From: Minisyncoccota bacterium
GTDB lineage: Bacteria > Patescibacteriota > Minisyncoccia > Phycocordibacterales > XYD1-FULL-46-19
Reading direction: 5' to 3'
DNA: 64,000 bases
Assembly (NCBI GenBank): GCA_041663165.1
Contig: JBAZRF010000001.1
Location: 736-64,735 of the forward strand
This document shows, in pieces, positions 39,067 to 48,900 of this stretch. The number at the start of each line of letters is the position of its first letter. Within the stretch, counting starts at the first letter, position 1. The position numbers were made by a program, and so were the translations under genes. The notes under the pieces were generated by a model. It was not told where the DNA came from. It worked only from the letters and a program-made list of their open reading frames with translations, and made no database searches.

Positions 39067-39426
39067 ATGACTATGCCAACGGCGAGAGTGCGATATGTCA
39101 ATACAGGAATTGGTCACGATACGTTGACCAAATTGAGAGACCATCTTCGCCGGTTGATCGCTCAAATTCTGACCGAGGTGGAAACGGCTCGGCCTGTAAG
39201 CGAAGACGGGGTTCGTTTGTTCTTCAAGAAAAACGAACCCTTCGATGTAATGCCCGATGATATCTTCATTGTGGTTGAAATCGGGATTACAGAAAGGCGC
39301 CTTCAGGCCAAAGACGCCATCGCTCGAAAGATACACCGAGGACTCGTGGAGGTGCTGGACGAAGGGCTGAAGTTCGAAGTCCAGGTCCGTCCTGTCGAGC
39401 GTGGTCGAGCCAAGAGCGGGGGGTGA
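39067..39426 (+). CDS. Hypothetical protein, GC-rich foreign-looking gene
   Basis: Strong RBS GAAAGGAGATT before ATGACTATG. The longer ORF-track start (38995) lacks an RBS. No recognisable domain. Confidence 0.5.
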   Translation: MTMPTARVRYVNTGIGHDTLTKLRDHLRRLIAQILTEVETARPVSEDGVRLFFKKNEPFDVMPDDIFIVVEIGITERRLQAKDAIARKIHRGLVEVLDEGLKFEVQVRPVERGRAKSGG

Positions 39427-39504
39427 CGCGAGGGGTAAGACCCTCCTCCGAAGATTGAATCGGTTCACTGGCAACAGTGGGCCTTTTCTTTTATAATTGA
39501 ACTG

Positions 39505-40566
39505 ATGAATACTGTTATTTTTATCGTCGTTGGGTTAGTGGTTGGTTTTGCTTTGGCCGTCATTGCCGTTAAGTTTTTTGGGTCAAAAAAAGAGGAGAAT
39601 GGGACGGATAATTCAGCCATGATGTTATTGCAAAATCAGATTGAGAATTTGACCAAAACGATTGATAGCCGTTTGCACGAAACTAATAAGCAATCGGCCG
39701 AGAGTGTGCGTGAGCAATTTAGCGAATTTGCCCGACTGTCGCGCGAAGTAACCGAGAAGTTGGTAAGGTTAGAAGAGACAAATAAACAGGTTATTAATTT
39801 TACCGACCAGCTCCAATCGCTCCAAGATATTTTAAAGAATCCCAAACAGCGAGGGATCTTGGGCGAATATTATCTTGAAACTTTATTAAAAAATGTCCTC
39901 CCGCCCGGCTCGTATCAAATGCAATATCCTTTTCCTGATGGCACGATTGTTGACGCCGTGGTGTTTGTGAAAGATAAAATTATTCCTATCGACTCCAAAT
40001 TTTCGCTCGAAAATTATAATCGAATTGTGGAAGAAAAAAGTCCGGCCGAAAAAGAAAAACTCGAAAAGATTTTTGTTAATGACTTAAAAAATCGTATTAG
40101 CGAAACGGCCAAATATGTTCAGCCTGATCGGGGAACGATGGAATTTGCCTTTATGTTCATCCCTCACGAGGCCATTTATTATGACCTAATTATCAATAAA
40201 ATTGGGGCGCTAAAAGACGAAAATACCGAAAACTTAATCCAGCGGGCGGCCTCAAAATACCACGTTATTATCGTTTCGCCGACCTCCTTCTTGGCCTATC
40301 TCCAGACCGTCCTACAGGGCCTAAAAGCCCTCCAGATTGAAGAATCAGCTAAGGAGATACGACAGAGGGTTGAAGAACTAGGCAAGCATATCGGGGCTTA
40401 TGAGAGCTATATGGCCAAGCTAGGGGGTGCCTTGGGGACCACCGTTAGCCACTATAATTTGGCCTACAAGGAGCTTAAAAAGGTGGATAAGGATGTACTA
40501 CGGGTAACTGGCGTCTCGGCCGGATTTGAGACCCAAACACTCGATAAACCCAATTTGGAGGACTAA
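39505..40566 (+). CDS. rmuC: DNA recombination protein RmuC
   Basis: N-terminal TM, coiled coils and conserved RmuC blocks (RGILGEYYLETLL; FMFIPHEAIYY; VIIVSPTSFLAYLQTV). Confidence 0.82.
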   Translation: MNTVIFIVVGLVVGFALAVIAVKFFGSKKEENGTDNSAMMLLQNQIENLTKTIDSRLHETNKQSAESVREQFSEFARLSREVTEKLVRLEETNKQVINFTDQLQSLQDILKNPKQRGILGEYYLETLLKNVLPPGSYQMQYPFPDGTIVDAVVFVKDKIIPIDSKFSLENYNRIVEEKSPAEKEKLEKIFVNDLKNRISETAKYVQPDRGTMEFAFMFIPHEAIYYDLIINKIGALKDENTENLIQRAASKYHVIIVSPTSFLAYLQTVLQGLKALQIEESAKEIRQRVEELGKHIGAYESYMAKLGGALGTTVSHYNLAYKELKKVDKDVLRVTGVSAGFETQTLDKPNLED

Positions 40567-40622
40567 AAACCAAAGCGTCCCGGCACTAAACGATGCGCGG
40601 GACGCGAGAACACATATGAGGG

Positions 40623-40907
40623 TTAAGGGTTGGCAATCGGGGCGAGGACCCTATCTTCAAGCTGCCGAATGATGGCGTCTGGGTCAGTTCCCATAAGCCC
40701 TTCCCGAAGAGAAGAGAGAAACTGGGCAGCTAGGCAACCCTTGGCGTGTTGGAGATATCCTCCCCAACGTCCAGGGATCTCGGCCTGCTGGTCAATCTCT
40801 ACTCCCATTACCACGGCAACTTTTCTAAGGTCGCCACTTGTCAGAGCGTTCTTAAGATCTCTTCTCCCCTCCGGACTTATTCGTCCGGCCACAATCTTTT
40901 CGTCCAT
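40623..40907 (-). CDS. Hypothetical protein, GC-rich foreign-looking gene
   Basis: Start set at MDEKIVAGR with RBS AAAGGAG. A consensus promoter lies upstream. No recognisable domain. Confidence 0.45.
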   Translation of the reverse strand: MDEKIVAGRISPEGRRDLKNALTSGDLRKVAVVMGVEIDQQAEIPGRWGGYLQHAKGCLAAQFLSSLREGLMGTDPDAIIRQLEDRVLAPIANP

Positions 40908-40929
40908 AAGGACTCCTTTCCCCGAGGAC

Positions 40930-40975
40930 CCCCTCGGAACACCTACTTGACATAATAGCATTTTAATTATAAAAA
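40930..40975 (-). promoter_or_regulatory. Near-consensus sigma70 promoter (TTGACT-17-TATTAT) for the 40623-40907 gene
   Basis: Reverse complement reads TTGACTttttataattaaaatgcTATTAT. Confidence 0.5.
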
Positions 40976-40995
40976 GTCAAGCATAAATTTGTTTT

Positions 40996-41020
40996 ATTAA
41001 AAAGCCGAAGCCGCGGGATT
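40996..41020 (-). terminator. Intrinsic terminator hairpin (AGCCGCGG-GATTGAA-CCGCGGCT) + U-tract on the minus strand, downstream of the 41054-41572 gene
   Basis: Perfect 8-bp stem. The minus-strand read continues CTTCGGCTTTTTAATAAAAC. Confidence 0.6.
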
Positions 41021-41053
41021 GAACCGCGGCTGGGGGTCAAACAAATTGTCGGA

Positions 41054-41572
41054 CTAGAAGAGGTATCCATCTGGTGGTTCTTCTCCGTCGGATCCGTCGT
41101 CGCGCCGGGGATCAGGTCGGGCGAGTTCTCCCTCGGGTGGCTGTCCCAATGGCCATTTCCCCGAACTTTCGCTGACCGAAGACCTGCTGTCTCCATCTTG
41201 CTCTCCGGACGATTCTTCTGACGGGAAACAGTCCGGTCGTCTCGGCGGAGCTTCGTCTACCGGAGCCCTTCCCGTGATCCGGTCAAAGACTCTGGCTTGG
41301 AGTTTGGCGATCAAGGATTTGAACCCTTTGTCGTCGAAGTCTCCCTGACGCACTGTTTCCTCGAGAATTGCTCCAATTGTGCCATCGATCTCACGATCTT
41401 TGGTTTGATCGAAACGATTTCCTCTCGTCTGGAGATAGGCAGAACCATATTGACTCAGGATCGTTGTTCTTAGTGCCTCGAGAGACATCGCTGGTCTCCC
41501 TGGATGGCCCTTGGCCATCCACACCTCCCAGGCCCTTCTTATTTCCCCAGTGTAAGGGTCGATCTTGGCCAT
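41054..41572 (-). CDS. Hypothetical protein with acidic, disordered C-terminal tail; GC-rich foreign-looking gene
   Basis: RBS AAGGAAGGA. The C-terminus is rich in D/E/S/P/G. No recognisable domain. Confidence 0.5.
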   Translation of the reverse strand: MAKIDPYTGEIRRAWEVWMAKGHPGRPAMSLEALRTTILSQYGSAYLQTRGNRFDQTKDREIDGTIGAILEETVRQGDFDDKGFKSLIAKLQARVFDRITGRAPVDEAPPRRPDCFPSEESSGEQDGDSRSSVSESSGKWPLGQPPEGELARPDPRRDDGSDGEEPPDGYLF

Positions 41573-41697
41573 TTGGCACCATCCTTCCTTTTCGCTCTGG
41601 CGAGCGCTCTGCGTTCAGTTCCACCCTTAACTTTAAATGAAAAAGAAAAAACGAGCAATCTTGCCATTAAACGGCTTTTGTGTATAATATAGTGGTT

Positions 41698-42006
41698 ATG
41701 TTCGCCATTATCGAAACGGGAGGTAAGCAGTACAAAGTCGCCGCGGGCGACTCTTTAAAGGTAGAAAAATTGCCCAAGACAGACAAGGGCGAAGTTATTT
41801 TTGATAAAGTTTTACTCGTCGCTGATGGCGAAAAAGTTCAGGTTGGCGATCCTTATCTTAAAGGGGCAACCGTTACCGCTAAGTTTGAAGAAGATGGCCG
41901 AGCTAAAAAAATTGTGGTTATCAAGTACAAAGCCAAATCGCGCTATCGCATTAAGACTGGCCATCGCCAGCCTTTTACCAAAGTCAAAATCGAAAAAATC
42001 GCCTAA
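41698..42006 (+). CDS. rplU: 50S ribosomal protein L21
   Basis: [14 protein letters not shown]... is the canonical L21 N-terminus. The start is moved to the ATG at 41698. Confidence 0.9.
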   Translation: MFAIIETGGKQYKVAAGDSLKVEKLPKTDKGEVIFDKVLLVADGEKVQVGDPYLKGATVTAKFEEDGRAKKIVVIKYKAKSRYRIKTGHRQPFTKVKIEKIA

Positions 42007-42067
42007 GGGCGATTTTTTCTTCGCCAGCCAGACATTTTTTAAAAACAGCTGGCAGGCTCGAAAAAAA

Positions 42068-42688
42068 TTAATGCCTGTTTGTCAGCGCATTTTTAATAGT
42101 CTCGGGGTCGGCATATTCGAGTTCAGAGCCGGTAGAGAGGCCACGGCCAAGGAGAGAAATTTTTAGTTTAGCTTGACCTGCCAATGGTTGTAATTTTTCA
42201 ATTAGCCAATCGGTCGTATGGTCGCCTTCGGTCGTGGCCGATAAAGCGATAATTATTTCAACCAAACCATCTTTAAGCCGTTCTTCTAATTGGGCCAAGA
42301 GGGGAGAAAAGCGGATGTGATTTTCAGGTTGCGGATCAAGAATTGGGACATTGCCACCAAGCACAAAATAATAACCATGGTAAGTTCGCGCTTTTTCGAT
42401 CGCGTCTAAGTCAATATCTTTTTCGACAATCATTAAACTAGACTTATCTCGCTCGGGGTCAACGCAAATTTTGCATTTGTCGGCTTTTGATTGATAACTG
42501 TTCGTGAAAAAACGACCACAACTGGCACACTGCTTGATATCTTTTTTTAAGTTTTTTATTTTATCGCCTAGCTGGTTCAGATAATTTTGATCGGTGCCTA
42601 AGAGATAATAAACAAAGCGCCGGGCTTGGCGTGGGCCAATGCCGGGGAATTTTCTGAAAAGTTCGGTTAAGCTATTTATTGTTTCCAT
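42068..42688 (-). CDS. recR: Recombination protein RecR
   Basis: HhH N-terminus (FPGIGPRQARR), C4 zinc finger and Toprim domain. Confidence 0.9.
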   Translation of the reverse strand: METINSLTELFRKFPGIGPRQARRFVYYLLGTDQNYLNQLGDKIKNLKKDIKQCASCGRFFTNSYQSKADKCKICVDPERDKSSLMIVEKDIDLDAIEKARTYHGYYFVLGGNVPILDPQPENHIRFSPLLAQLEERLKDGLVEIIIALSATTEGDHTTDWLIEKLQPLAGQAKLKISLLGRGLSTGSELEYADPETIKNALTNRH

Positions 42689-42798
42689 GTTTTAATTTTG
42701 TCTTCGGACTTGGTTTTGCTTTCTGAAAAGTCCTCGGTTCTCCTCAATCTGCGATTTCGGCCAGACATTTTCATAAAGCAAAATCAAGTCCTTAGTGC

Positions 42799-44157
42799 TT
42801 AAAAATTACCAAAATCACCCTTCTCGATATCCGAAAAGCTGGTGCGCGCGGCGTCAAAGTAGAGTTCAGCCTTACCGGTTGGACCGTTGCGGTGTTTTTC
42901 AATTAAAATTTCGGCGATATCTTTTTTTTCATTACTCTCCTCATCTTTTTCGCGGTGAATAAACATGACCACATCGGCGTCCTGTTCAATTGAACCGGAG
43001 TCGCGCAAGTCGGAGAGGCGCGGTTTGCCACCCCGCTGCTCAACGGCGCGGGAAAGCTGAGAGAGGGCGAGCACTGGTACGTCGATCTCACGGGCGAGCG
43101 CTTTGAGTGATCGAGAAATTTCGGTGACCATTTGCACTTGCGAATCAGTTTCTCGGCGAGGGACCATGAGTTGGAGGTAATCAACAATAATCAGGCCTAA
43201 ATTGTGTTCGGCTTTGAGTTTTCGCGCCTCCGACTTCATCCGCAAAATATTGTTTGACGGTTCATCATCAATAAAAATCGGCGCTTGGGCGAGCGAATCG
43301 AGCGCATCGCGCAAACGAGCAAAATCTTCGTCGGCGCGGATGGCACCGGTACGCAATTTCCATGAATCAACAAAACTTTCAGCGGCGAGCAGGCGGTCAG
43401 TTAATTGCTGGGTGCTCATTTCGAGTGAGAAGATACAGGTTGGGATTTTTTCGCGGCAAGCCACATGGCGGGCGATATCTAAGGCGAGCGAGGTTTTACC
43501 CATCGAGGGGCGAGCGGCTAAAATGATTAGGTCAGATTTTTGCAAACCGGCGAGCTTGGCATCAATGTCGCGAAAGCCGGTCGGCACGCCACGCATGGCG
43601 CCATCAGTCTTACTTAAATGATCAAAACGTTCCCAGGCTTCAGATAAGGCATCTTTAATATTGGTAACTTTTTTGTTGGCGTAGGAACCGAGGTTAAAAA
43701 TAATTTTTTGGGCGCGGTCTAAGACGTCAGTAACATCCTCATTTTCACGGTAGCCCAGCTCGGAGATTTGGTCGGCTGAACTAATTAATCCGCGCAAAGC
43801 TGCTTTTTTGTGCACTAATTCGGCGTAATGTTTGATGTTCGAAGCGGAGGGAACTTTGTTGGCCAATTCGGCGAGATAACTTGAACCACCAACGCTATCG
43901 AGCTGTCCCGCATCCTTCAGCTTTGATGAGACCGAAACAATGTCGACAGGCGAGCCAACTTCAGATAAGTCGATCATCGCGCTATAAATTTTTTGATGGC
44001 GCGTTGAATAAAAATCTTCAGGCCGAAGAAAATCGGCAATTTCACCGAGAACTTTTGGGCTAATCATAATCGACCCGAGCAAGGCTTGCTCGGCGTCCCC
44101 ATCATTTGGCGGAATTCTTAATTTTGTTCCGGCGAAGGGCTGTTTGTTTACGGCCAT
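42799..44157 (-). CDS. dnaB: Replicative DNA helicase DnaB
   Basis: Walker A GARPSMGKTSLAL and the DnaB C-terminal domain. No intein. Confidence 0.92.
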   Translation of the reverse strand: MAVNKQPFAGTKLRIPPNDGDAEQALLGSIMISPKVLGEIADFLRPEDFYSTRHQKIYSAMIDLSEVGSPVDIVSVSSKLKDAGQLDSVGGSSYLAELANKVPSASNIKHYAELVHKKAALRGLISSADQISELGYRENEDVTDVLDRAQKIIFNLGSYANKKVTNIKDALSEAWERFDHLSKTDGAMRGVPTGFRDIDAKLAGLQKSDLIILAARPSMGKTSLALDIARHVACREKIPTCIFSLEMSTQQLTDRLLAAESFVDSWKLRTGAIRADEDFARLRDALDSLAQAPIFIDDEPSNNILRMKSEARKLKAEHNLGLIIVDYLQLMVPRRETDSQVQMVTEISRSLKALAREIDVPVLALSQLSRAVEQRGGKPRLSDLRDSGSIEQDADVVMFIHREKDEESNEKKDIAEILIEKHRNGPTGKAELYFDAARTSFSDIEKGDFGNF

Positions 44158-44261
44158 GCTCCTATTCTATCACAAGCAAAAAGTTAAAAGAAAAGCATAA
44201 AAAATGAGAAATTCTCTTTAATTTGGGGACAAAATGTTATTAAAAGGGGGAGAAGAAAATA

Positions 44262-44292
44262 GTAAAGGGCCCTCCTCCCGGGGGCCCTTTGG
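44262..44292 (-). terminator. GC palindrome (GGGCCC...GGGCCC) flanked by A/T runs; likely terminator downstream of the antiporter gene
   Basis: aaagggccctcctcccgggggccctttgg. Confidence 0.4.
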
Positions 44293-44311
44293 TTGAAATG
44301 TTTGCGGCTAT

Positions 44312-46057
44312 TTAAGCCGCTCCTTTGCGATCTAACTCCTTTAAGCTGTCCCAGTGTTCTTTTCCGCGGTGTCGGAGTTCTTCTCCTGGTTTCAAGAGGA
44401 CATCGAGACTAACGTTCTGGGCATCGCTGCCTCGGTAACAACCGAGAGTCTCCGCCGCTAGCATGTGGGTCACAAGGACGAAATGGACCCCACGCTCGTA
44501 CAGGGCCAACGCGGTCCTGTTGGACGAAGTAATCGCTACGAAATTCGCGGTGGGGTTATCCCTGCTCAGGTGGGCAGCGAGAACCCCGTTGTCTTTGATG
44601 TCGGGCGCGGTTGAGATCATCGTCTCGACTTCGGAGAAATCGATACCCGCTCGAGACTCTTCACTGCAAGCGTCTCCGAATCGGCAGGGGACACGATCTT
44701 TCAACAATCTTGCGAAAATGTCTGGATCATGGTCAATCACGAGGTAATCAGTCTCTCTTCCTTTGAGCCCAAGCCCGATTGACTTACCGAGCCTGTCATA
44801 TCCCACTAGCACTATTTTGGGGTGCATGGTCTCGTCTGGCGCCAGTGGTTCCTGCTTCCATACTGTCAACTTGTCCAACCACCAAAGCTGTGAACGTAGC
44901 TTTTGGTAAAGGTCCAAATTGTACTTGATCAAGTATGACGATATCGTCATACTGACCACCGTCACCACAATGAAGGGTGGTAGGATCGTTGGATCCAGGT
45001 GCTTCAAGGCCACACCCTGGGCCACGAGCACGAGGCTAAACTCCGACAACTGGCCGAGGGCCAAACCGGAGTTAAAGGCCGAGGACCTTTCGTACCCGAA
45101 CAGGCCGACGATGATCATTACTAGGAGCGGCTTGATGACGATGACCGCAACAGACATCAGCACGATTAGGGTCAAATGGTTATAGATAATCAGGCCAAAT
45201 GATCCCAGCGAAGCACCACTGGTTGTCGGAGCGAGTTGGAGCCCTAGCGCCGCGAAGAACAAGACGGTGAAGAACGACTTCAACGCCTTGAAGTCCCCGA
45301 TGATCTCATGCTGGTACGCTAACGACGCCATCGCTAGGCCGGCTAGGAACGAGCCGATGCCCATCGACAGTTTCATCTTGGCCGCGTAAAAGGCGCAGAC
45401 GAACAGCACTCCCATAGCTACGACAAAAAGGGTTTCCCTTTCCCTCGCTACGCACCAGAACAGCCGTGGAAAAACGAACTTTCCGCAAACCATTACGATG
45501 AGTAAAATCAACCCGGCGGTAATCGTTCCTGTGCTTATCAACTCCGTCACTGAAAAATCATTGGCGGTAGTTAATATTGACAGGGCGAAAATCGCCATCA
45601 CGTCCTGCATTACTAGAATGCCTATGGAGATGCGTCCGTACAGGGTGTTAAGGTCGTATTTCTCGCCTAAGACCTTGACGACCAGCATCGTGGAGGAAAA
45701 GGATGTTGCGAAGCCGATGTAAGCACCCGCAATGCTAGTCATTCCCAGTAGCTTGGCCAGACCAAAACCTAAACCGAAGCTGGCGATGACTTGAAGACAT
45801 CCTCCGCCAATTGCGACAAGGCCGAGTTTCTTCAGGCGTGACAAGTCCATCTCGATTCCGATTACGAACAACATGATCGTAGCGGCGATTCCAGACATGT
45901 CACCGATCGACTCTACCTGGTTTATCCAGCCAAGGCAGAGAGGTCCTACTACTACTCCCGCCAAGACGTAGGCGGGGATCATGGGTTGCCGGGCTATTTT
46001 GAAAACTAGCCCAAACAATGCCGCTAACACGAACAAAATTCCTATATCCTGTTGCAT
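44312..46057 (-). CDS. Monovalent cation:proton antiporter-2 (CPA2/Kef-type) with C-terminal RCK/TrkA-N domain; GC-rich
   Basis: About 12 TM Na_H exchanger core. The segment KIVLVGYDRLGKSIGLGL is a Rossmann-type RCK fold. GC content is well above the flanks. Confidence 0.8.
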   Translation of the reverse strand: MQQDIGILFVLAALFGLVFKIARQPMIPAYVLAGVVVGPLCLGWINQVESIGDMSGIAATIMLFVIGIEMDLSRLKKLGLVAIGGGCLQVIASFGLGFGLAKLLGMTSIAGAYIGFATSFSSTMLVVKVLGEKYDLNTLYGRISIGILVMQDVMAIFALSILTTANDFSVTELISTGTITAGLILLIVMVCGKFVFPRLFWCVARERETLFVVAMGVLFVCAFYAAKMKLSMGIGSFLAGLAMASLAYQHEIIGDFKALKSFFTVLFFAALGLQLAPTTSGASLGSFGLIIYNHLTLIVLMSVAVIVIKPLLVMIIVGLFGYERSSAFNSGLALGQLSEFSLVLVAQGVALKHLDPTILPPFIVVTVVSMTISSYLIKYNLDLYQKLRSQLWWLDKLTVWKQEPLAPDETMHPKIVLVGYDRLGKSIGLGLKGRETDYLVIDHDPDIFARLLKDRVPCRFGDACSEESRAGIDFSEVETMISTAPDIKDNGVLAAHLSRDNPTANFVAITSSNRTALALYERGVHFVLVTHMLAAETLGCYRGSDAQNVSLDVLLKPGEELRHRGKEHWDSLKELDRKGAA

Positions 46058-46235
46058 GGTCCAAACCCTTCCGCCGATCTGGTTAAAACGCTAGAGTTAG
46101 TTAAATTGGTAGAGAACATCTCTCCATTTTCATTACTGGCACATTTTATTTATTATGTCAAGTATTAAAAACAGCAAAAAATCCCCAAAAAAGGATTAAA
46201 TTCAAGAAAGATCTTAAATTAATTTTAGCTCTAGT

Positions 46236-46688
46236 TTATTGCACTATTCTAGGCAGGGGTACGCCATCTCGGCCGTAATATAAGTAGTTACCCCTCCAGT
46301 TGTTATGACTAGATGAATAGAGAGCTGTTTGACACACTTCTCCTTCCTCGGGCATTTCCACTTGGCCGATAATTCGCTCAAAGAGGGTGATTGACTTGTT
46401 GTCATTATCTTCGGAATAAAAGGGTCCAGTTTTCGAACCAATATTACAATTAAAGATCTCTGTTCGCCAACAATTTTCCTCTAGTTTGTCAGGGCAATCT
46501 TTAGTTTGTTTGTAATTTTTTGACCAACAATCATTATCTTTTAAGGAGCAATTTCGAAAAACCATAATCCCTGTTGGGCTCAGTATCTCCATTCGGGGAG
46601 CATTAAAAACAGAATAAATTCCCCAAAGGACAAAGCCAATAACAACTAATAAGAAAATAAAAATCAGGTACTTTAATAGTTTTTTCAT
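46236..46688 (-). CDS. Hypothetical membrane-anchored Cys-rich protein
   Basis: N-terminal TM. About 8 Cys in the extracytoplasmic part. Confidence 0.45.
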   Translation of the reverse strand: MKKLLKYLIFIFLLVVIGFVLWGIYSVFNAPRMEILSPTGIMVFRNCSLKDNDCWSKNYKQTKDCPDKLEENCWRTEIFNCNIGSKTGPFYSEDNDNKSITLFERIIGQVEMPEEGEVCQTALYSSSHNNWRGNYLYYGRDGVPLPRIVQ

Positions 46689-47899
46689 AGAAGCTTAAGT
46701 CCCAAGACCTGATCAAATTTCGAGATAAGTTCCAGCTTTTGGGCGGAGGGGAGATCTTTAGCTGATAGAACCGCTTGTAGAACGGCGAGGGCGGAGGCGA
46801 TATTAAGGTTGGAGATTTTGGAGGTAAAGTCTGATAGATAACTTTCAGTTACCCGAAGTCCAACTTCGGGCGCATTTGAAACTGAAGTTTTGGTAGTTTT
46901 ATTTTTTAAGTTTTTATAGCCCTTGCTGGCCGCCTCAAGCGATTCCCAAGTGAAATTAACTTTTTGTTTGTAACTGGTTTGCAAAAGCAAGTAGCGGTAG
47001 GCGAGCGGGTCGTAATCTTTTTGCTCCAAGTCTTCTAGCGTGTAGAAATTGTTAGCGCTTTTGGCCATTTTTTTGCCGTCAACTAGCATATGTTCGGAAT
47101 GCAACCACTCGCGTACAAAAGTTTGGCCGGTCAGCGCCTCACTCTGGGCGATCTCATTAGTGTGATGGGGAAAAATTAAATCGACTCCACCGGTATGGAT
47201 ATCGGTGGTCTGACCATTAAAGGCGACATAATTGATAACGGAACATTCAATATGCCAGCCCGGCCGACCCTCGCCTAATTTTTCACTCGGCCAAAAAATA
47301 TTGGCATCGCTTTCGTCACGCGCCTTCCATAACGCGAAGTCGCTTAAATTATCTTTAGTGTATTCGTCAGCTTTAACGCGCGCGGAGGCTGATATTGAAC
47401 CACCGATTTTTTTGCCCTCCAAAAATTTCTCGCCGACCAACTCGCCATAATGGCCAAAGTCTTGCTGATATTTTTCGATGCTAAAATAGGTGCTGCCATC
47501 GTCGGCTTTATAAGCGTAACCTTTCTCAATTAATTTGACGATAAAGTCTTGAATTTGCGGCACTACCTCGCTGACTTTGATAAATTTTATCTCGTCAACC
47601 GAGACGTTTAACTTTTTTAAATCTTGCAAAAAGGCCTGGTAATATTTGTCAGTGTATTTTTTTAACTCTGCTACGTCGGCATCTTTCCCGAATTCTTCAA
47701 CGGTGTTTCTGATAGTTTTATCATCAATATCGGTAATATTCATTACCCACTTTGGGTTTTGACCAGCGAACTTTTTCGCGCGATAAACAAGATCAGCAAA
47801 AACATAACTGCGCAAATTGCCAATATGGGCAAAGTTATAAACTGTCGGCCCGCAGGTGTATAAGTTAAGATTTGAAGATTTTAGCGGTTCTAAATCCAT
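46685..47899 (-). CDS. cysS: Cysteinyl-tRNA synthetase
   Basis: HIGH region (CGPTVYNFAHIGN) and KMAKS (KMSKS) motif. Confidence 0.9.
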   Translation of the reverse strand: MDLEPLKSSNLNLYTCGPTVYNFAHIGNLRSYVFADLVYRAKKFAGQNPKWVMNITDIDDKTIRNTVEEFGKDADVAELKKYTDKYYQAFLQDLKKLNVSVDEIKFIKVSEVVPQIQDFIVKLIEKGYAYKADDGSTYFSIEKYQQDFGHYGELVGEKFLEGKKIGGSISASARVKADEYTKDNLSDFALWKARDESDANIFWPSEKLGEGRPGWHIECSVINYVAFNGQTTDIHTGGVDLIFPHHTNEIAQSEALTGQTFVREWLHSEHMLVDGKKMAKSANNFYTLEDLEQKDYDPLAYRYLLLQTSYKQKVNFTWESLEAASKGYKNLKNKTTKTSVSNAPEVGLRVTESYLSDFTSKISNLNIASALAVLQAVLSAKDLPSAQKLELISKFDQVLGLKLL

Positions 47900-48837
47900 T
47901 TTTTCGCTTTGGCAATAATGGTCATTACCACGGCGATAATGGCCATTAATGCCACCGCGATATAAAAGCCATCGGCGGATTTAATAATGGGCATATTAAG
48001 ATCGGTACCACTCATGCCAAAGATGGTGCCCATGAGAGTGACGGGTAGGAAGATAGCCGTGAGGGTCGTTAAGGCCTTCATGGTGTTGTTGGTTTTGATG
48101 GAGAGTAGAGATTCATTGGTGGAGCGTAATTCAGAAAAGTTTTCGCGATTGCTATCAACCAAGTTCGAAATTTTTTCGTATTCGCCGATGATTGAGCGCA
48201 GATAGTAATCAAATTTTTCACCGTAAAACTCACGAGCGGCGAGCTCCAGCGATTCTAAAACTTCACGGTGGAACTTTAAGGCCCATTTAAAATCAAGCAG
48301 ACAGCGATTTAAACCAGAGAGTGTTTTGACTATCTCGGCCTCTTGGCCAGCAAAAATCTTCTGCTCAGCCCGCTTCAAACTTAAATTAATATTATCTAAG
48401 CCGGTCTCTAGTGATTGATATAGCTGGCGGATAATATAGTAGAAAAGGTGTCCCGCATGGATATTTTTGTCTTTTCGGCCGTTGATCAATCCCGCACTGG
48501 CCTCCAGGATTTTGGAAAATTCTTCGAGCGGGGGAATGTTTTCATAATGGGTCGTGATTAAAAAATCTTTACCGAGGACAAAGTCAATCTCGTAGGTGTC
48601 ATCTTCGTGCAAGCCGTCGCCATAATTAGGCTGACAAACTTTGTCAACCGGGAAGTGGAGGATTAGGTAGAGATAGTCATCATAAATGTCAACCTTGGCT
48701 CGAACACTTGGGTGAAGCAATTCTTCACTCACCAACGGGTGGATGCTGTACTCTTGGCCAAGCTTGGCCACCTCATCCTTGGTCGGAGCAATCAAGCTAA
48801 GCCAGGTAATATTCTGGTACTTTAATTGTTTAATCAT
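47890..48837 (-). CDS. CorA-like Mg2+/Co2+ transporter (GMS variant of the GMN motif)
   Basis: Two C-terminal TM helices preceded by FGMSGTDLNMP, and a CorA-like cytoplasmic domain. Confidence 0.6.
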   Translation of the reverse strand: MIKQLKYQNITWLSLIAPTKDEVAKLGQEYSIHPLVSEELLHPSVRAKVDIYDDYLYLILHFPVDKVCQPNYGDGLHEDDTYEIDFVLGKDFLITTHYENIPPLEEFSKILEASAGLINGRKDKNIHAGHLFYYIIRQLYQSLETGLDNINLSLKRAEQKIFAGQEAEIVKTLSGLNRCLLDFKWALKFHREVLESLELAAREFYGEKFDYYLRSIIGEYEKISNLVDSNRENFSELRSTNESLLSIKTNNTMKALTTLTAIFLPVTLMGTIFGMSGTDLNMPIIKSADGFYIAVALMAIIAVVMTIIAKAKKWI

Positions 48838-48900
48838 TAGGTTTAATCATATCTTTTTCCCAGTTTGACCACAAGTGGATAGTTTGCGATAATGTAATTA

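Noticed and set aside
38947-39474. A 175-aa minus-strand ORF antisense to the 39067-39426 gene.
   Set aside because: It overlaps a + strand gene that has a strong RBS and promoter. It has no start context and would run into the terminator hairpin.
40990-41025. The hairpin CCGCGG-GATTGAA-CCGCGG resembles a tRNA T-arm.
   Set aside because: No matching acceptor, D or anticodon arms exist in the flanks. It is better explained as the intrinsic terminator of the 41054-41572 gene.
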